From a virus (taxonomy: Duplodnaviria > Caudoviricetes), in IMG/VR virus record IMGVR_UViG_3300037751_000266, positions 1-59,066 of that record: a DNA stretch of 59,066 nucleotides; one strand, given 5' to 3'. The notes beneath the pieces were generated by a model that saw nothing but the letters and a program-made list of their open reading frames with translations, searched no databases and had not been told where the DNA came from. Below are positions 9,793 to 19,540 of this stretch, one piece after another. The position numbers and the translations under genes were made by a program. Positions within the stretch are counted from its first letter, which is position 1. Every line of letters starts with the position of its first letter.

Positions 9793-10371
9793 ATGGCCGA
9801 ATACATATCTGGATTCTTTGTTTCTGATGGTCTTGGATTAACATCAATCAACGGTGTTAAGCCCTTAAACGCATGGCCTGTTTGTATCGATGGGACGGAT
9901 CAAATTGTCATGGCTATATGGAAGAAAGGCTATTTCCCATACGTTGAGGGGGAAATGACCGAAGCTATCGACAGCGTGCAAGTAAGTATTGTGGACAAGG
10001 CGTTAGGTGATGCTCGCGAAGGGGTCCCAACCACTCCTCAGCTTTACGATAAATGGACTGCTGATACACCTGTACTGGTTGGACAAATGCTTGTCCATGA
10101 GTGGGATGTCGAAGGCGTCAGAAACGTTCAGCTTTATAGGGTTTTACAGCCTCATACAACACAGGCAGATTGGGAGCCACAGAACGTTCCTGCACTATTT
10201 GTAAAGGCTGTTCCTGCCGGGGTTGTTGCTGATTGGGTACAGCCATCTGGCGCTCATGATAGTTACAACATTGGTGACAAGGTTATGTACAATGGGGAAG
10301 TTTATGAGAGCCTGATAAATGCCAATGTGTGGAGTCCGAGCGGATATCCCGCTGGGTGGGTCAAACTATAA
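9793..10371 (+). CDS. Tail-associated protein with CBM5/12 (ChiC-like) carbohydrate-binding modules
   Basis: LYRVLQPHTTQADWEP and WVQPSGAHDSYNIGDKVMYNGEVYESLINANVWSP..YPAGW aromatic motifs. Confidence 0.75.
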   Translation: MAEYISGFFVSDGLGLTSINGVKPLNAWPVCIDGTDQIVMAIWKKGYFPYVEGEMTEAIDSVQVSIVDKALGDAREGVPTTPQLYDKWTADTPVLVGQMLVHEWDVEGVRNVQLYRVLQPHTTQADWEPQNVPALFVKAVPAGVVADWVQPSGAHDSYNIGDKVMYNGEVYESLINANVWSPSGYPAGWVKL

Positions 10372-10383
10372 TGGAGTAGTGGA

Positions 10384-11334
10384 ATGCAACAACAGTTTAA
10401 GAACAGCACCATCCTATATGCCGACGACTGTATCAAGCTCCATAAACATGTGACCCAAGGCACCGGCAAGGTTGTCTTACTCATTCCTCCCCACGCAGGG
10501 CGACACGGAAACATAGCGCAAAACATGCTTGATGCACTGGCAGCCGAGGGTTTGAGAGTATATTGGTATGAGTTACTGCCGGCCACCATGCAGACATGTA
10601 CCATGTCGGTGTATGGTTTGGTTCAAAAAATCAAACTGTGCATGGATATGGTTCTCAATGACACGCATGTTGATTTTGTCGATTTACTCGGGATCTGTCA
10701 AGGCGGGTGGTTATCGGCTATTTATACCGCGCTGTATCCTGAAACGGTCAGCAGGTTGGCTTTATTCGCCTCACCGATCAATCTTAAAACCGGCACGGAT
10801 AACGGCATTGAGAAATACTGTAAAACAGCGTCTATGGCTTGGCATAGGATGGTGGTTGATATTCATGGAGGATATCAGCCGGGATACATGCAGTGGCTGG
10901 CTTTTGCCTTAGCTAATCCGATTCCGGTGTTTTGCACTCGGTATCAAAAACGGTTAATATACATGATGAACGATGATAAAGTTGCCCTGGCTAAACTGGA
11001 CCGAGACGATGCTTGGTATGATTACTTTATAGACCTCCATGGCACATGGTTTCTTGAGGCCATGGAACATCATTTTATCGGCAACAAGTTATATGAGGGC
11101 ACTTGGGATTTAGGCAATGGTATTATCCCGAAACTTTCAAATATTGCCTGTCCAATATCGGTATATGCCGGTGCAGATGATGACATAACCCACCCTGAAC
11201 AGGCGAGGGGCGTACTTGACAAGGTGTCGTCGAAGGACAAGAGGTTTGCTATTTTTGAAGGTGCTGGTCATACTAAGGTTTTCGCGGGGGGAAAATGCAT
11301 CAGACAGTTTATCGATGATTTTTACCCTGGATAA
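10384..11334 (+). CDS. Alpha/beta hydrolase of the PHA synthase/depolymerase (PhaC/PhaZ/DUF3141-like) group
   Basis: LIPPHAGRH, Cys-nucleophile box LGICQGGW, ASPIN, acid GADDDIT, His GAGHTKVF. Confidence 0.75.
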   Translation: MQQQFKNSTILYADDCIKLHKHVTQGTGKVVLLIPPHAGRHGNIAQNMLDALAAEGLRVYWYELLPATMQTCTMSVYGLVQKIKLCMDMVLNDTHVDFVDLLGICQGGWLSAIYTALYPETVSRLALFASPINLKTGTDNGIEKYCKTASMAWHRMVVDIHGGYQPGYMQWLAFALANPIPVFCTRYQKRLIYMMNDDKVALAKLDRDDAWYDYFIDLHGTWFLEAMEHHFIGNKLYEGTWDLGNGIIPKLSNIACPISVYAGADDDITHPEQARGVLDKVSSKDKRFAIFEGAGHTKVFAGGKCIRQFIDDFYPG

Positions 11335-11354
11335 GTCCCACGCTTATCCAGGGT
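11324..11354. terminator. Hairpin at the convergence of the two genome arms (likely bidirectional terminator)
   Basis: ACCCTGGATAAG-7nt-CTTATCCAGGGT perfect 12-bp stem, T-rich downstream on both strands. Confidence 0.8.
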
Positions 11355-11360
11355 TGTGTT

Positions 11361-11822
11361 TTACGCAAACTCTTTTAATTCAATTATCCGGTATAATTCG
11401 TCGATCAACTCCTTGCCTTTTTCGAACGCTTCAAAATTATTACCGTCCCGATCGCAAAACTTTCGGATGCATTTAACCGCTTCGAATATCGGCCACAACA
11501 TTTCATATTTGTCTTTGTTGTGACCGTGGAGTTCAATAAGATCGATTATTATCGTTTCACACATACAGAGAATCGCTGTGGCTGAATATCCGCTGTCGGG
11601 ATGATCCATAACAAACTTAGTGAACCGTTCGCGCCGTGCTTTGACCCATTCTCTATTGCTAAAGCCAGGAAAGTTTATTATTGCGCTACATGTTGCATCA
11701 TATCCATTTGTAACAGCCTGACGCATATCGATACGGCTGAAACTGTTGGTTTGGCGTAGGGTTTCGAAGCAGCCTGCAAGAATTGCGAGGAGAACAAGAG
11801 ATTGGTCTGCGTGCTTAGCCAT
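11361..11822 (-). CDS. Hypothetical protein
   Basis: 153-aa ORF with RBS GGAG, last gene of the leftward arm. Confidence 0.7.
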   Translation of the reverse strand: MAKHADQSLVLLAILAGCFETLRQTNSFSRIDMRQAVTNGYDATCSAIINFPGFSNREWVKARRERFTKFVMDHPDSGYSATAILCMCETIIIDLIELHGHNKDKYEMLWPIFEAVKCIRKFCDRDGNNFEAFEKGKELIDELYRIIELKEFA

Positions 11823-12031
11823 TGATGGTTGACTCCGGGGAAAAACACGAACACCTCAAACTCAGCTTCCTGTAGCATTTCCCGCTCTCATCAACTTTAA
11901 GTTCAGCGATCCTCCTCCCTTTTCTACCCTTGATGGTTTTTGCCATTGCACAAATCCTCCCAGCTCTCAAGTATTCGCATTGCATAATCACACCATTTGG
12001 TTAAGGTTAAATATCATGTATTGCTTTTATC

Positions 12032-12304
12032 TTACTGTTTGTGCGTTGTTTTAGATTTAGGCACCCAATCCTCAAAAACAATCTTGTCAAAATCGGCAAA
12101 CTCTTTGATATACATCCCAAACAGGGCTTGGAGTGACGGCTCTGTAAAATAGTTCACGATTTTGGTTACCATTAGGGTGTCTCTATCTAGAATTTTAGTG
12201 GTGATCTTGAAAATGTCGTTGTCGAACAAAGCAAGAACAGTCTTCCTTAATGTTTTGCGATTGAAAGCCACTGTCGCCTTAATTAGTTGTGGTTTATTCT
12301 CCAT
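12032..12304 (-). CDS. Hypothetical protein
   Basis: Start MENKPQ after GAGGGA, overlapping the upstream stop. Confidence 0.6.
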   Translation of the reverse strand: MENKPQLIKATVAFNRKTLRKTVLALFDNDIFKITTKILDRDTLMVTKIVNYFTEPSLQALFGMYIKEFADFDKIVFEDWVPKSKTTHKQ

Positions 12305-12557
12305 AATTTCCCTCAACAAACTCAGGACATTGTTCAATTGTATCAACAAACGGCAACTTTGCCCGATCCGCAATAGCCTTGTCTATTTTTCCGTCATCAA
12401 TAGCGGCATAGGATATTGCCAATTCGATATCACACAAAGCCTCACCGTAATTACCGTCTTCGTCAATAGGACAATCTTTAGCGCATCGGTCGCAGTTTAT
12501 ATCACGCCACATCATAAACTCTGTTCCGTTGGAAAATGCGGTTATTCTTTCGCTCAT
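12294..12557 (-). CDS. Hypothetical Cys-containing phage protein
   Basis: Start MSERITAF after GGAGG; FSNGTEF..W...NCDRC motif. Confidence 0.65.
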   Translation of the reverse strand: MSERITAFSNGTEFMMWRDINCDRCAKDCPIDEDGNYGEALCDIELAISYAAIDDGKIDKAIADRAKLPFVDTIEQCPEFVEGNYGE

Positions 12558-12614
12558 CGTAAAACCTCCAAAAAGCCCTTTATAACATTTTGATGTAGCA
12601 CAGTCCATACCATC

Positions 12615-12851
12615 CTACACCTGCGCCTCTACTTGTTGCGTGGTGAGCCGTTTTTCGGCCCTAGTTTCCATTACATCGGTTATAGCAGAACAGATATCCT
12701 CGACTATACCACGGACTGCGCTCATGGCCGGATCGTTTTCTCTTGGAACCGTCGCGAGAACAAACGTTTCTCCTACTACGACATAGTAGCGTTCGCCGCC
12801 TATTTCGATCATTTGCCTGGTGCAGTGGTCAACTTCAGGTTTTTCGCTCAT
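12615..12851 (-). CDS. Hypothetical protein
   Basis: Coupled ATGA overlap with upstream ORF. Confidence 0.55.
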   Translation of the reverse strand: MSEKPEVDHCTRQMIEIGGERYYVVVGETFVLATVPRENDPAMSAVRGIVEDICSAITDVMETRAEKRLTTQQVEAQV

Positions 12852-13108
12852 GGCTTTTTCAACCCCTCGATAGCGGCAAGAGCGACGCTGGCTCTGTCAA
12901 GGTTAATCCTGGCTGTTTGCACTCTCTCCTTGGCTTTTTCAAGCAGGTAGGTATAAGCGGCCTCCCAGGTATCGTGATACTGTTCGTAACCACATTCTTT
13001 TTTTACCCGTGAGCCTTTGATGTAAAAGAAGTGCTCAGTTTCTTTTTCAACTTCAACTTCCTGAATCAGTTTGTTTCTGTAATAACCGCCTGTTTTGAAT
13101 TTAATCAT
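12848..13108 (-). CDS. Hypothetical protein
   Basis: RBS GGAGG; VEVEKETEHFFYI resembles 29746-30039 (AEIIRETPKLYWI). Confidence 0.65.
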   Translation of the reverse strand: MIKFKTGGYYRNKLIQEVEVEKETEHFFYIKGSRVKKECGYEQYHDTWEAAYTYLLEKAKERVQTARINLDRASVALAAIEGLKKP

Positions 13109-13168
13109 TTCACCCTCCGTTAATTTTGCTTACCATCAACCCGGCGTGTAATCCCTTGCGCCGATAGC

Positions 13169-14089
13169 TCAACTTTTCTTACTTACCAGTACGTCTAGCC
13201 AATCCTGTCCAGGGATAAGGGGAATCTTTACCTCTACTGGCATATGTCTTTGGACATTCACCGCATTAGCTAAACCATATGCCGCCTTGTGACCTGTGTA
13301 ATTGAAGTCGTTGTCTCCAAATACCACCAGCTTTTTAACACCGTTTGGCGGCACAAATTTTTCCATTAATATTGCTGTTGTTGCAGCCCATGTTGGTATT
13401 CCGAAAAGCTCAGTGGTGGCTATAGCTGTCTCAATTCCTTCAGCTATACCCAACACTCCGTTTTCAGCCACAGGGAAAAGCCGACAAGCTCCACCTGTCA
13501 GTTTTTCTAGTGCTGGTATTATTTTCTTAGCGTCTTTGATTTTAAGTTTTTCCCCTTCGGCGGTTAGATATGTTCGGTGCATTGTTAATGCCGTATTGTC
13601 TTTACTGGTAAAAACTGCAAGCATGGCCTTTTGGTTTTTCTTGGTTTCAAGTTCCCAACATTTTTTATGGTATCTCAAGTTGGTTGGTAGTTTTGTCAAC
13701 CCTCTTCCGGTTAAATATCTGTAGGCTGGATCACCTTCTTTTAAAATATCCGAACCCATAAATATTGACCGCATGACATCTGCCGATACTTTCGGATCTT
13801 CTTTTCTTGGTATAGCGTCAACTGATCCTATGATACTGGCAATTTCTTTTAGTGCCCCCGGGAAGTCAACGCCTAAGACTTTCTGGACTATCGACCATCC
13901 ATCACCAGGGCCGCAGCCGTTGCAATAATATGTTCCCTTCCCTTCTTTGTCATCAAATCTAAATCTGTCTTTTCCCCCGCACATGACGCACTCTTTGTGC
14001 CTACCATCACCGACATCAATTCCAAGAGAGTTAAAAATTCCCGGCCACTTTCCCACAACGTCTTGCTTTAATTGATCTCCGTCAATCAT
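13169..14089 (-). CDS. DNA primase (zinc ribbon + TOPRIM, P4 alpha N-terminal-like)
   Basis: HKECVMCGGKDRFRFDD..G.GTYYCNGCGPGDG; IAEGIETA; FGDND; GQDWLD. Confidence 0.92.
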   Translation of the reverse strand: MIDGDQLKQDVVGKWPGIFNSLGIDVGDGRHKECVMCGGKDRFRFDDKEGKGTYYCNGCGPGDGWSIVQKVLGVDFPGALKEIASIIGSVDAIPRKEDPKVSADVMRSIFMGSDILKEGDPAYRYLTGRGLTKLPTNLRYHKKCWELETKKNQKAMLAVFTSKDNTALTMHRTYLTAEGEKLKIKDAKKIIPALEKLTGGACRLFPVAENGVLGIAEGIETAIATTELFGIPTWAATTAILMEKFVPPNGVKKLVVFGDNDFNYTGHKAAYGLANAVNVQRHMPVEVKIPLIPGQDWLDVLVSKKS

Positions 14090-15672
14090 GCTGTTACCCC
14101 TTTTTGTTTGCCTTTAAGGTATCGTATCAACTGGCTTTTCATATAATTTAAAAAAGCCTCGTCAGGCGGAATAGGGGAGACATCTTCCATTCCTTTTGGC
14201 TTTACGCCGAATCTCCCTCTGTACGCGCCGTATATTCTGGACGGCTTGTTATTTTTTTGTCTGGGAACCCAATGAAGAAGCATGCCGTAAAACATCCTTT
14301 TTTCTGCCATTGTATGTTTCTTTTTCCCTTTTAGCTCTTGCAAATCAGCGTCAATAACATCAACTTTTTTCCCAAACTTCTTAACTTCGGTTCCGCAATC
14401 AGGGCAAATTTTAACGCCTTCAAACACAGCAAGACAAGCAGGACACTTACACGTAGTTTTCTCTTTCTCTTTTTTCTTTTTTTCTTTCCACGCTTTTTCT
14501 TTTCCTTCAAGCGTCCACTCTACTTCGTCGGTAAGAAATCCGTGTTCTTCTATCACCCCGCCATGGTCTATAATTATACAATCTCCACCGTGTTTTTTGG
14601 GTCTTAGGCCACGACCGCAGCATTGTCGATAAAGACCGAGTGACTTTGTTGGACGAGCCATGACAACACAGCTTATATTGGGACAGTCCATGCCTTCCTG
14701 GTAAAGAGCTACATTACATAAAACGGTTATATCTCCGCTCTCCATCATCCTGAAAGCATCGTCCCTTTCTTCGTCGGTCGATTTTGCGTCAAGGTGCATT
14801 GCTGAAACGCCGTGTTTTTTAAATTCTTCGCATATGTGTATCGAATGCTTAACCGTTATACAAAAAACGATTGTAGGGCGATCCTGTGCTATTCTGAGCC
14901 AGTTTTGAACTATGTCACCAACTAGTTTAGATGTGTTGTTTTTCTTTTCAAGGGCAGTAGTGTCGTAATCACCACGAACTATCTTAACGCCTTCGACTTC
15001 TGGCGGTGCGGCAAAGTACCTAGCCTCTGCGAGAAAACCATTGTCGGTCAATTCTTTTACGCTGATAACATCAACGATCTTGTCATAAAGACTGCCAAGC
15101 GGTCTATTATCGGCACGAACGGGAGTTGCAGTACAGCCTATTATCACCCTATCTTGATAAAACTCCATAATTTCCATGTAGCTTTTCGAGAGAGACCGGT
15201 GGCATTCATCCACCAAAACAAGAGAAGCGTCGATGAAAAATTTACCATCCTCAAAATTCAACCGTCTTTTGTATGTCTGGTACGTTCCTATCTGAACTTT
15301 TTGCAAGGTGTCTGATTCTTCCCCGGCCATAATTATCCCCGGATTTATACCAAAAAGTTGCAAAGTGTCTCTCATCTGGTAAACAAGGTTCCTTCGATGA
15401 ACGAGCCACAACACGGTGTTGCCTTTTTCGACAGCAAGTCTAATTATTTCTGAAACGATCCAACTCTTGCCTGATCCAGTAGGAGACACTAGAATAATTT
15501 TTTTACAATCTTTGGTTATTGCCGCCCTTGTTTCAACAACAGCCCAGAGTTGATATTCTCGTAATTGAGGCAATACTCGTTCAACTATTTCGCCAGTGTC
15601 TATGTCTTGCAACACTCCGTCAATTTCCCAAATGCGTCTTTGTTTCATTCCTTCCAGAAAAACAGTCTTCAT
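14086..15672 (-). CDS. SF2 DEAD/DEAH helicase (RadD/YejH-like) with C-terminal zinc finger
   Basis: SPTGSGKS, VDECH, TATP, EGMDCP, QCCGRGLR, CPAC...CPDC. Confidence 0.93.
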   Translation of the reverse strand: MKTVFLEGMKQRRIWEIDGVLQDIDTGEIVERVLPQLREYQLWAVVETRAAITKDCKKIILVSPTGSGKSWIVSEIIRLAVEKGNTVLWLVHRRNLVYQMRDTLQLFGINPGIIMAGEESDTLQKVQIGTYQTYKRRLNFEDGKFFIDASLVLVDECHRSLSKSYMEIMEFYQDRVIIGCTATPVRADNRPLGSLYDKIVDVISVKELTDNGFLAEARYFAAPPEVEGVKIVRGDYDTTALEKKNNTSKLVGDIVQNWLRIAQDRPTIVFCITVKHSIHICEEFKKHGVSAMHLDAKSTDEERDDAFRMMESGDITVLCNVALYQEGMDCPNISCVVMARPTKSLGLYRQCCGRGLRPKKHGGDCIIIDHGGVIEEHGFLTDEVEWTLEGKEKAWKEKKKKEKEKTTCKCPACLAVFEGVKICPDCGTEVKKFGKKVDVIDADLQELKGKKKHTMAEKRMFYGMLLHWVPRQKNNKPSRIYGAYRGRFGVKPKGMEDVSPIPPDEAFLNYMKSQLIRYLKGKQKGVTA

Positions 15673-15684
15673 ATTTTCTCCGTT

Positions 15685-16071
15685 TTAAAAAGGACAGTCA
15701 TCATCTAGTAATAAATAATTAGATTGTCCTTGGATAGGATGTAGTTTAGTAGTCCTGTTGTTGTTACTACCTAAGGCTACCCTTGGCGACTCTTCAGTGT
15801 CGCTTAAGGGTAGGTTAAGGGTCGCTTTAGGGTCGCTTACTTTTTTTTTGCTGCTTTTTTTCCCACCAAGAGAACCGCTTTTTGCTTGTTTTTCTCTATA
15901 CTGCTTTACTTCGTTAATTACTTTCTTAGTGTATTCTGTGCTACCTTTGGCGGCCACTAAGTCAAGAACGAATTGAGTGAGCCATTCCTTGTGTTTTCCA
16001 TCTGGAATTTGCAAAACCTCGGACATTAATTCGGCTGCAACTATTTTATAAAAGAAAGGCTTACAATTCAT
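15685..16071 (-). CDS. Short replication initiator-like protein containing iteron-like repeats
   Basis: Directly upstream of helicase-primase; REKQAKSGSLGGKKS followed by low-complexity linker encoded by 11-bp repeats; acidic DDDCPF tail. Confidence 0.55.
   Translation of the reverse strand: MNCKPFFYKIVAAELMSEVLQIPDGKHKEWLTQFVLDLVAAKGSTEYTKKVINEVKQYREKQAKSGSLGGKKSSKKKVSDPKATLNLPLSDTEESPRVALGSNNNRTTKLHPIQGQSNYLLLDDDCPF
15799..15840. repeat. Four 11-bp tandem iteron-like repeats (putative origin)
   Basis: GTCGCTTAAGG GTAGGTTAAGG GTCGCTTTAGG GTCGCTTAC, next to T-tracts. Confidence 0.6.
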
Positions 16072-16469
16072 TGTTCTCCTTTCTTCCATTCTTCTACTGT
16101 TTTGCTGCCTTTTCTCCTGTTACAATTAAGGCAAGACGTAGCCAAGTTGTCACGTTCATTACTTCCACCAAGAGAGAAGGGTATTATGTGGTCTATCTCC
16201 ATAAAACCACTATTTTCTCCACAATAAACGCACGTATTATTATCCCTTAAAAGCACCTCTCTTTTTGTTTTTTCCCATAATGCACCAGAAGGTCTTGGCG
16301 TGTTTTGATACCGGCATATGTTTGTCAGTATTTCTTCGACATCTGGACGCAAGGGGTCTTCTTGCAGTAGGTTTATAAAATCAGCTACGGTCATCCCGTC
16401 GTTTTTGTCATCAACACAAAAATAAAACAAACTTGGGATATGAACAGTGAAGTGTGATATTTTTCTCAT
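16068..16469 (-). CDS. HNH endonuclease
   Basis: RDNNTCVYCG...EIDHIIPFSLGGSN...NLATSCLNCNRRKG. Confidence 0.93.
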   Translation of the reverse strand: MRKISHFTVHIPSLFYFCVDDKNDGMTVADFINLLQEDPLRPDVEEILTNICRYQNTPRPSGALWEKTKREVLLRDNNTCVYCGENSGFMEIDHIIPFSLGGSNERDNLATSCLNCNRRKGSKTVEEWKKGEQ

Positions 16470-16484
16470 TTAACCCACCAAAAC

Positions 16485-16610
16485 AAAAAAGGCATTTCAG
16501 TAAGCCCAAAAGAAAATCTGAATATCCCAGAATATCCATCTCTTGGTTTGGCGTGCTTACTGAAATGCCTTCGTTTTTTTAGTATCATCTCTGTTGTCCA
16601 TTCTGGGGTG
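16485..16610 (-). promoter_or_regulatory. Leader hairpin/terminator with alternative pairing (element 1)
   Basis: 17-bp inverted repeat 16489-16505/16555-16571, U-tract on minus strand; loop CCCAGAAT (16526-33) complementary to ATTCTGGG (16600-07). Confidence 0.7.
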
Positions 16611-16758
16611 AACTGTTTGGCCTAAGTTGGTGCCACCCAACCTCGCTGACCTGACAGAGCAACAATACTAAACCTACCAATAATTTCAACTAAATTTTGA
16701 CAGGGTTTGGAACTTTTTTGTGAATAATTAAGGTGTTACTTTGTGGTATGGATGGGGC

Positions 16759-19419
16759 TTAATTATGATCGATATCTTGTGCAATTGCAACTTCACAATC
16801 AAACAATGTCGGAGCTATAGCCATATTGTCGGCCTGGTTAAGATAGGTTAGGCTGTCGGCAAAATAACCGGGATTTAATTCACAACATTTGCCCTTGCGA
16901 CCTTTAATTACTGCCCTGTATGGAACAGTGGCTAATCCTCCGAATGGATCATAAACAAGGTCGCCTTTGTTGCTGTATCGCTCTATTATCCTATCTACTG
17001 TATCAATTTGTAAGGGGCAAATATGAGTTGTGAGGTTCTTTTGTTTCTGATTGCCGTTAAGCGTTCTCATCCTGTTTACATCTATCCAAACGTCGGGATG
17101 GTTTGATGGAGGATCAAGCAACATGAACGTTGAAGGAAGCGCGCCCTTAATATCCAGAGCCTCACCTATTTTGACATGGGTTTCGTAATCATAAACACCG
17201 TCAGATAAATATTTTTTAAACATCTTTCGGATTATTTGCGGCGGGTATGTTACTAGCTCGTCAACAGATAAAAGCCTATCTCCTGAAGTTTTCCAAAAAG
17301 CGTGAGCGTCAATTTGCCAGCGTGACCGAGAATATCCGCCGATGCTTTCAAAGTGTTGGTATGTTTCGCACTTATTGCAAAACCATCTGCGCTTTTCATC
17401 CCCATAAAGCAATGGGTCTTTTTCTTGAGCTTCAACTTTTATATCTTCCCCTGCAATCGGATGGTGTCCGCAATTGGGGCATTCGTGATAGTCGCACTTC
17501 TTTTTAACAACCTTTTTATCGGCATAAGCATTACTTAAATCTGTCGGAGGTTTGCGGAATATGAGAATATACTCCGGACAGCCTACGCCCATTTTCGAAC
17601 CGTCTTTGCACTGCTCGGTCCAGCCAAGGCGATAGGTTTGGTTATTCTCCCGGACAACATCAGTTACTATCGTAATAATTCCGATCTTCTTAAAGCCGTG
17701 TTTCTGAAAATGCAGGCTTGTTTCTTCCAGCATATTGTCGCAAGTCGGAAATCCAAAGCCGGTGACGTTGCCGAATAGGATCCTGTCCTTAATGTGGATA
17801 GCGGCAATCCTGCCGGGGTTTAAAACTCTGAACAAGTGCGGAGTAAGAAAATCCATCTGCTGCCAGAAATGGGAGTTGCTTTGAGTGTGTCCAAAATCAT
17901 TATAACTTGGCGTGTATTCGTAATGGTTGGCAAAAGGAATTGACGTATGGATTAAATCAACGCTGTTTTCCGGCATGGAGCGAGTTTCTTCCACGCAATC
18001 GTTATTTACTGCTACGTAGTTTTTTCCGGCAACCTCAACTCTACTACAACCGATACCGCGAGATATTTCGTCCATCATCTGCAAAGTCGAAAGACCGTGT
18101 TTTTTTATTATATCGCTCATTTTATCCACCATTATGTTATGATTATCCCACTTTTCTTTTAATATCTGCAAGACACGCTTTTCGGTATCGGTGTAGATGA
18201 CATGGACGTGACATTCTTTGTCCTGTAAAAACCTGACTATCCTATGGAAACTCTGGATAAAATCGTTAAATTTAAAACCTATTCCGAGATATATTGAATT
18301 ATGGCAGTGTCTCTGGAAATTACAACCCGATCCGCTTAGAACGGGCTTAGTGGCCAGATATTGGAATTTTCCATCTGAGAAATCTATTATCCGCTTTTCC
18401 CGTTCATCCAGATCAAGAGAACCGAAAACCTCTTTACAAGCCGGCAGCGCCTTTTTAATGGCATGGCGTTCTATCTCTTGATCGTGCCAGATTATGAAAT
18501 TATCTTCCGGTCTGTCTCCGACAATCTCCATCATTTTTTCTATTCTTTCATCGACACTGTTTCTTTTTTCCCGGCTGGCATCGGACAAAGACAAAGCTGC
18601 ATCGTTGAACATATTCATTTGCCCGGTCTTCTCGGTCCTGAATCTAACCCCGGTAGGTATTTCGTGATAATGAATATGTACTTTAGGTACCACATAACCA
18701 TCGTCGCAATATCCGAGGTCAGACGGACGTTGCAGGAAGATAGCCCATGAATTAAGCCAGTACCAAAATTCTGTTTCATGGTGTGGGTGCAGTGTTAAAT
18801 TGTTCGCCTTGGTGCTGTCTCTTTGGAAAAACCTTGTCAACGCCTGGCCGGTATCGAGTATGCCAAGGAAACCAGCGTAATGGATAAGCTCTTTGTAGCG
18901 GTTTGGTGATGGTGTAGCGGTAGCGACAAAGCGGTATTTTACATCCTGGAAAAGATCAAGAAACGATTGATATGTTTTACTGCCATAACTGCGAAGGACA
19001 GATGCTTCATCCAGACAGACAACTTTGAACTCGTTCACGTCGAGCCGACCATCTCTAATGCTTTCATAATTGGTGATGTAAAATCCGTCACCGTCAAGCT
19101 CTTTTGTCCACCGGATAAACTTCAGGTCCATATCTAAAAGTTTACCGTCCCGGGTGAACTCTTGACGTACTCCGAGCGGAGCGACTATTAAACATTTCCC
19201 GCCCTCTTTGTTGAAAATTTGCCTATTTATTTCGAGCTGCATAAGGCTCTTACCCAATCCGAAACTAGCAAAAATCGCCCTTCTTCCCCCAATCAGCGCC
19301 CATTGCACAATGTCACGCTGATGTGGAAAAAGGACAGAGCTTATTTCTTCTTTGGAAACATCAAAGCCGGTCCTGTTTTCAAGGATCATTTTTGATCTTA
19401 AAAATTCCAGATATTCCAC
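16759..19419 (-). CDS. SNF2-like helicase fused to N4/N6 DNA methyltransferase
   Basis: GTG start after GGAGG; FGLGKS, LDEAS, TATPSPN; HTSIPF motif IV, HICPLQ, YDPFGGLAT motif I, CELNPGY. Confidence 0.9.
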   Translation of the reverse strand: MEYLEFLRSKMILENRTGFDVSKEEISSVLFPHQRDIVQWALIGGRRAIFASFGLGKSLMQLEINRQIFNKEGGKCLIVAPLGVRQEFTRDGKLLDMDLKFIRWTKELDGDGFYITNYESIRDGRLDVNEFKVVCLDEASVLRSYGSKTYQSFLDLFQDVKYRFVATATPSPNRYKELIHYAGFLGILDTGQALTRFFQRDSTKANNLTLHPHHETEFWYWLNSWAIFLQRPSDLGYCDDGYVVPKVHIHYHEIPTGVRFRTEKTGQMNMFNDAALSLSDASREKRNSVDERIEKMMEIVGDRPEDNFIIWHDQEIERHAIKKALPACKEVFGSLDLDEREKRIIDFSDGKFQYLATKPVLSGSGCNFQRHCHNSIYLGIGFKFNDFIQSFHRIVRFLQDKECHVHVIYTDTEKRVLQILKEKWDNHNIMVDKMSDIIKKHGLSTLQMMDEISRGIGCSRVEVAGKNYVAVNNDCVEETRSMPENSVDLIHTSIPFANHYEYTPSYNDFGHTQSNSHFWQQMDFLTPHLFRVLNPGRIAAIHIKDRILFGNVTGFGFPTCDNMLEETSLHFQKHGFKKIGIITIVTDVVRENNQTYRLGWTEQCKDGSKMGVGCPEYILIFRKPPTDLSNAYADKKVVKKKCDYHECPNCGHHPIAGEDIKVEAQEKDPLLYGDEKRRWFCNKCETYQHFESIGGYSRSRWQIDAHAFWKTSGDRLLSVDELVTYPPQIIRKMFKKYLSDGVYDYETHVKIGEALDIKGALPSTFMLLDPPSNHPDVWIDVNRMRTLNGNQKQKNLTTHICPLQIDTVDRIIERYSNKGDLVYDPFGGLATVPYRAVIKGRKGKCCELNPGYFADSLTYLNQADNMAIAPTLFDCEVAIAQDIDHN

Positions 19420-19431
19420 ATTTACCTCCGC

Positions 19432-19540
19432 AAAAAAATATCCCCGCCTACATACCATTGGGGTGAGAGTTTTCGTCAGTGGCGAAAGACCCAAGGTTAT
19501 AAGCGGGGATATGGTTACTGATTTACGCCGACTCTCACAT
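19432..19540 (-). promoter_or_regulatory. Leader hairpin/terminator with alternative pairing (element 2)
   Basis: ATATCCCCGC/GCGGGGATAT stem (19438-47/19503-12), U-tract before the RBS; loop GTGAGAGT (19463-70) complementary to ACTCTCAC (19531-38). Confidence 0.7.
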
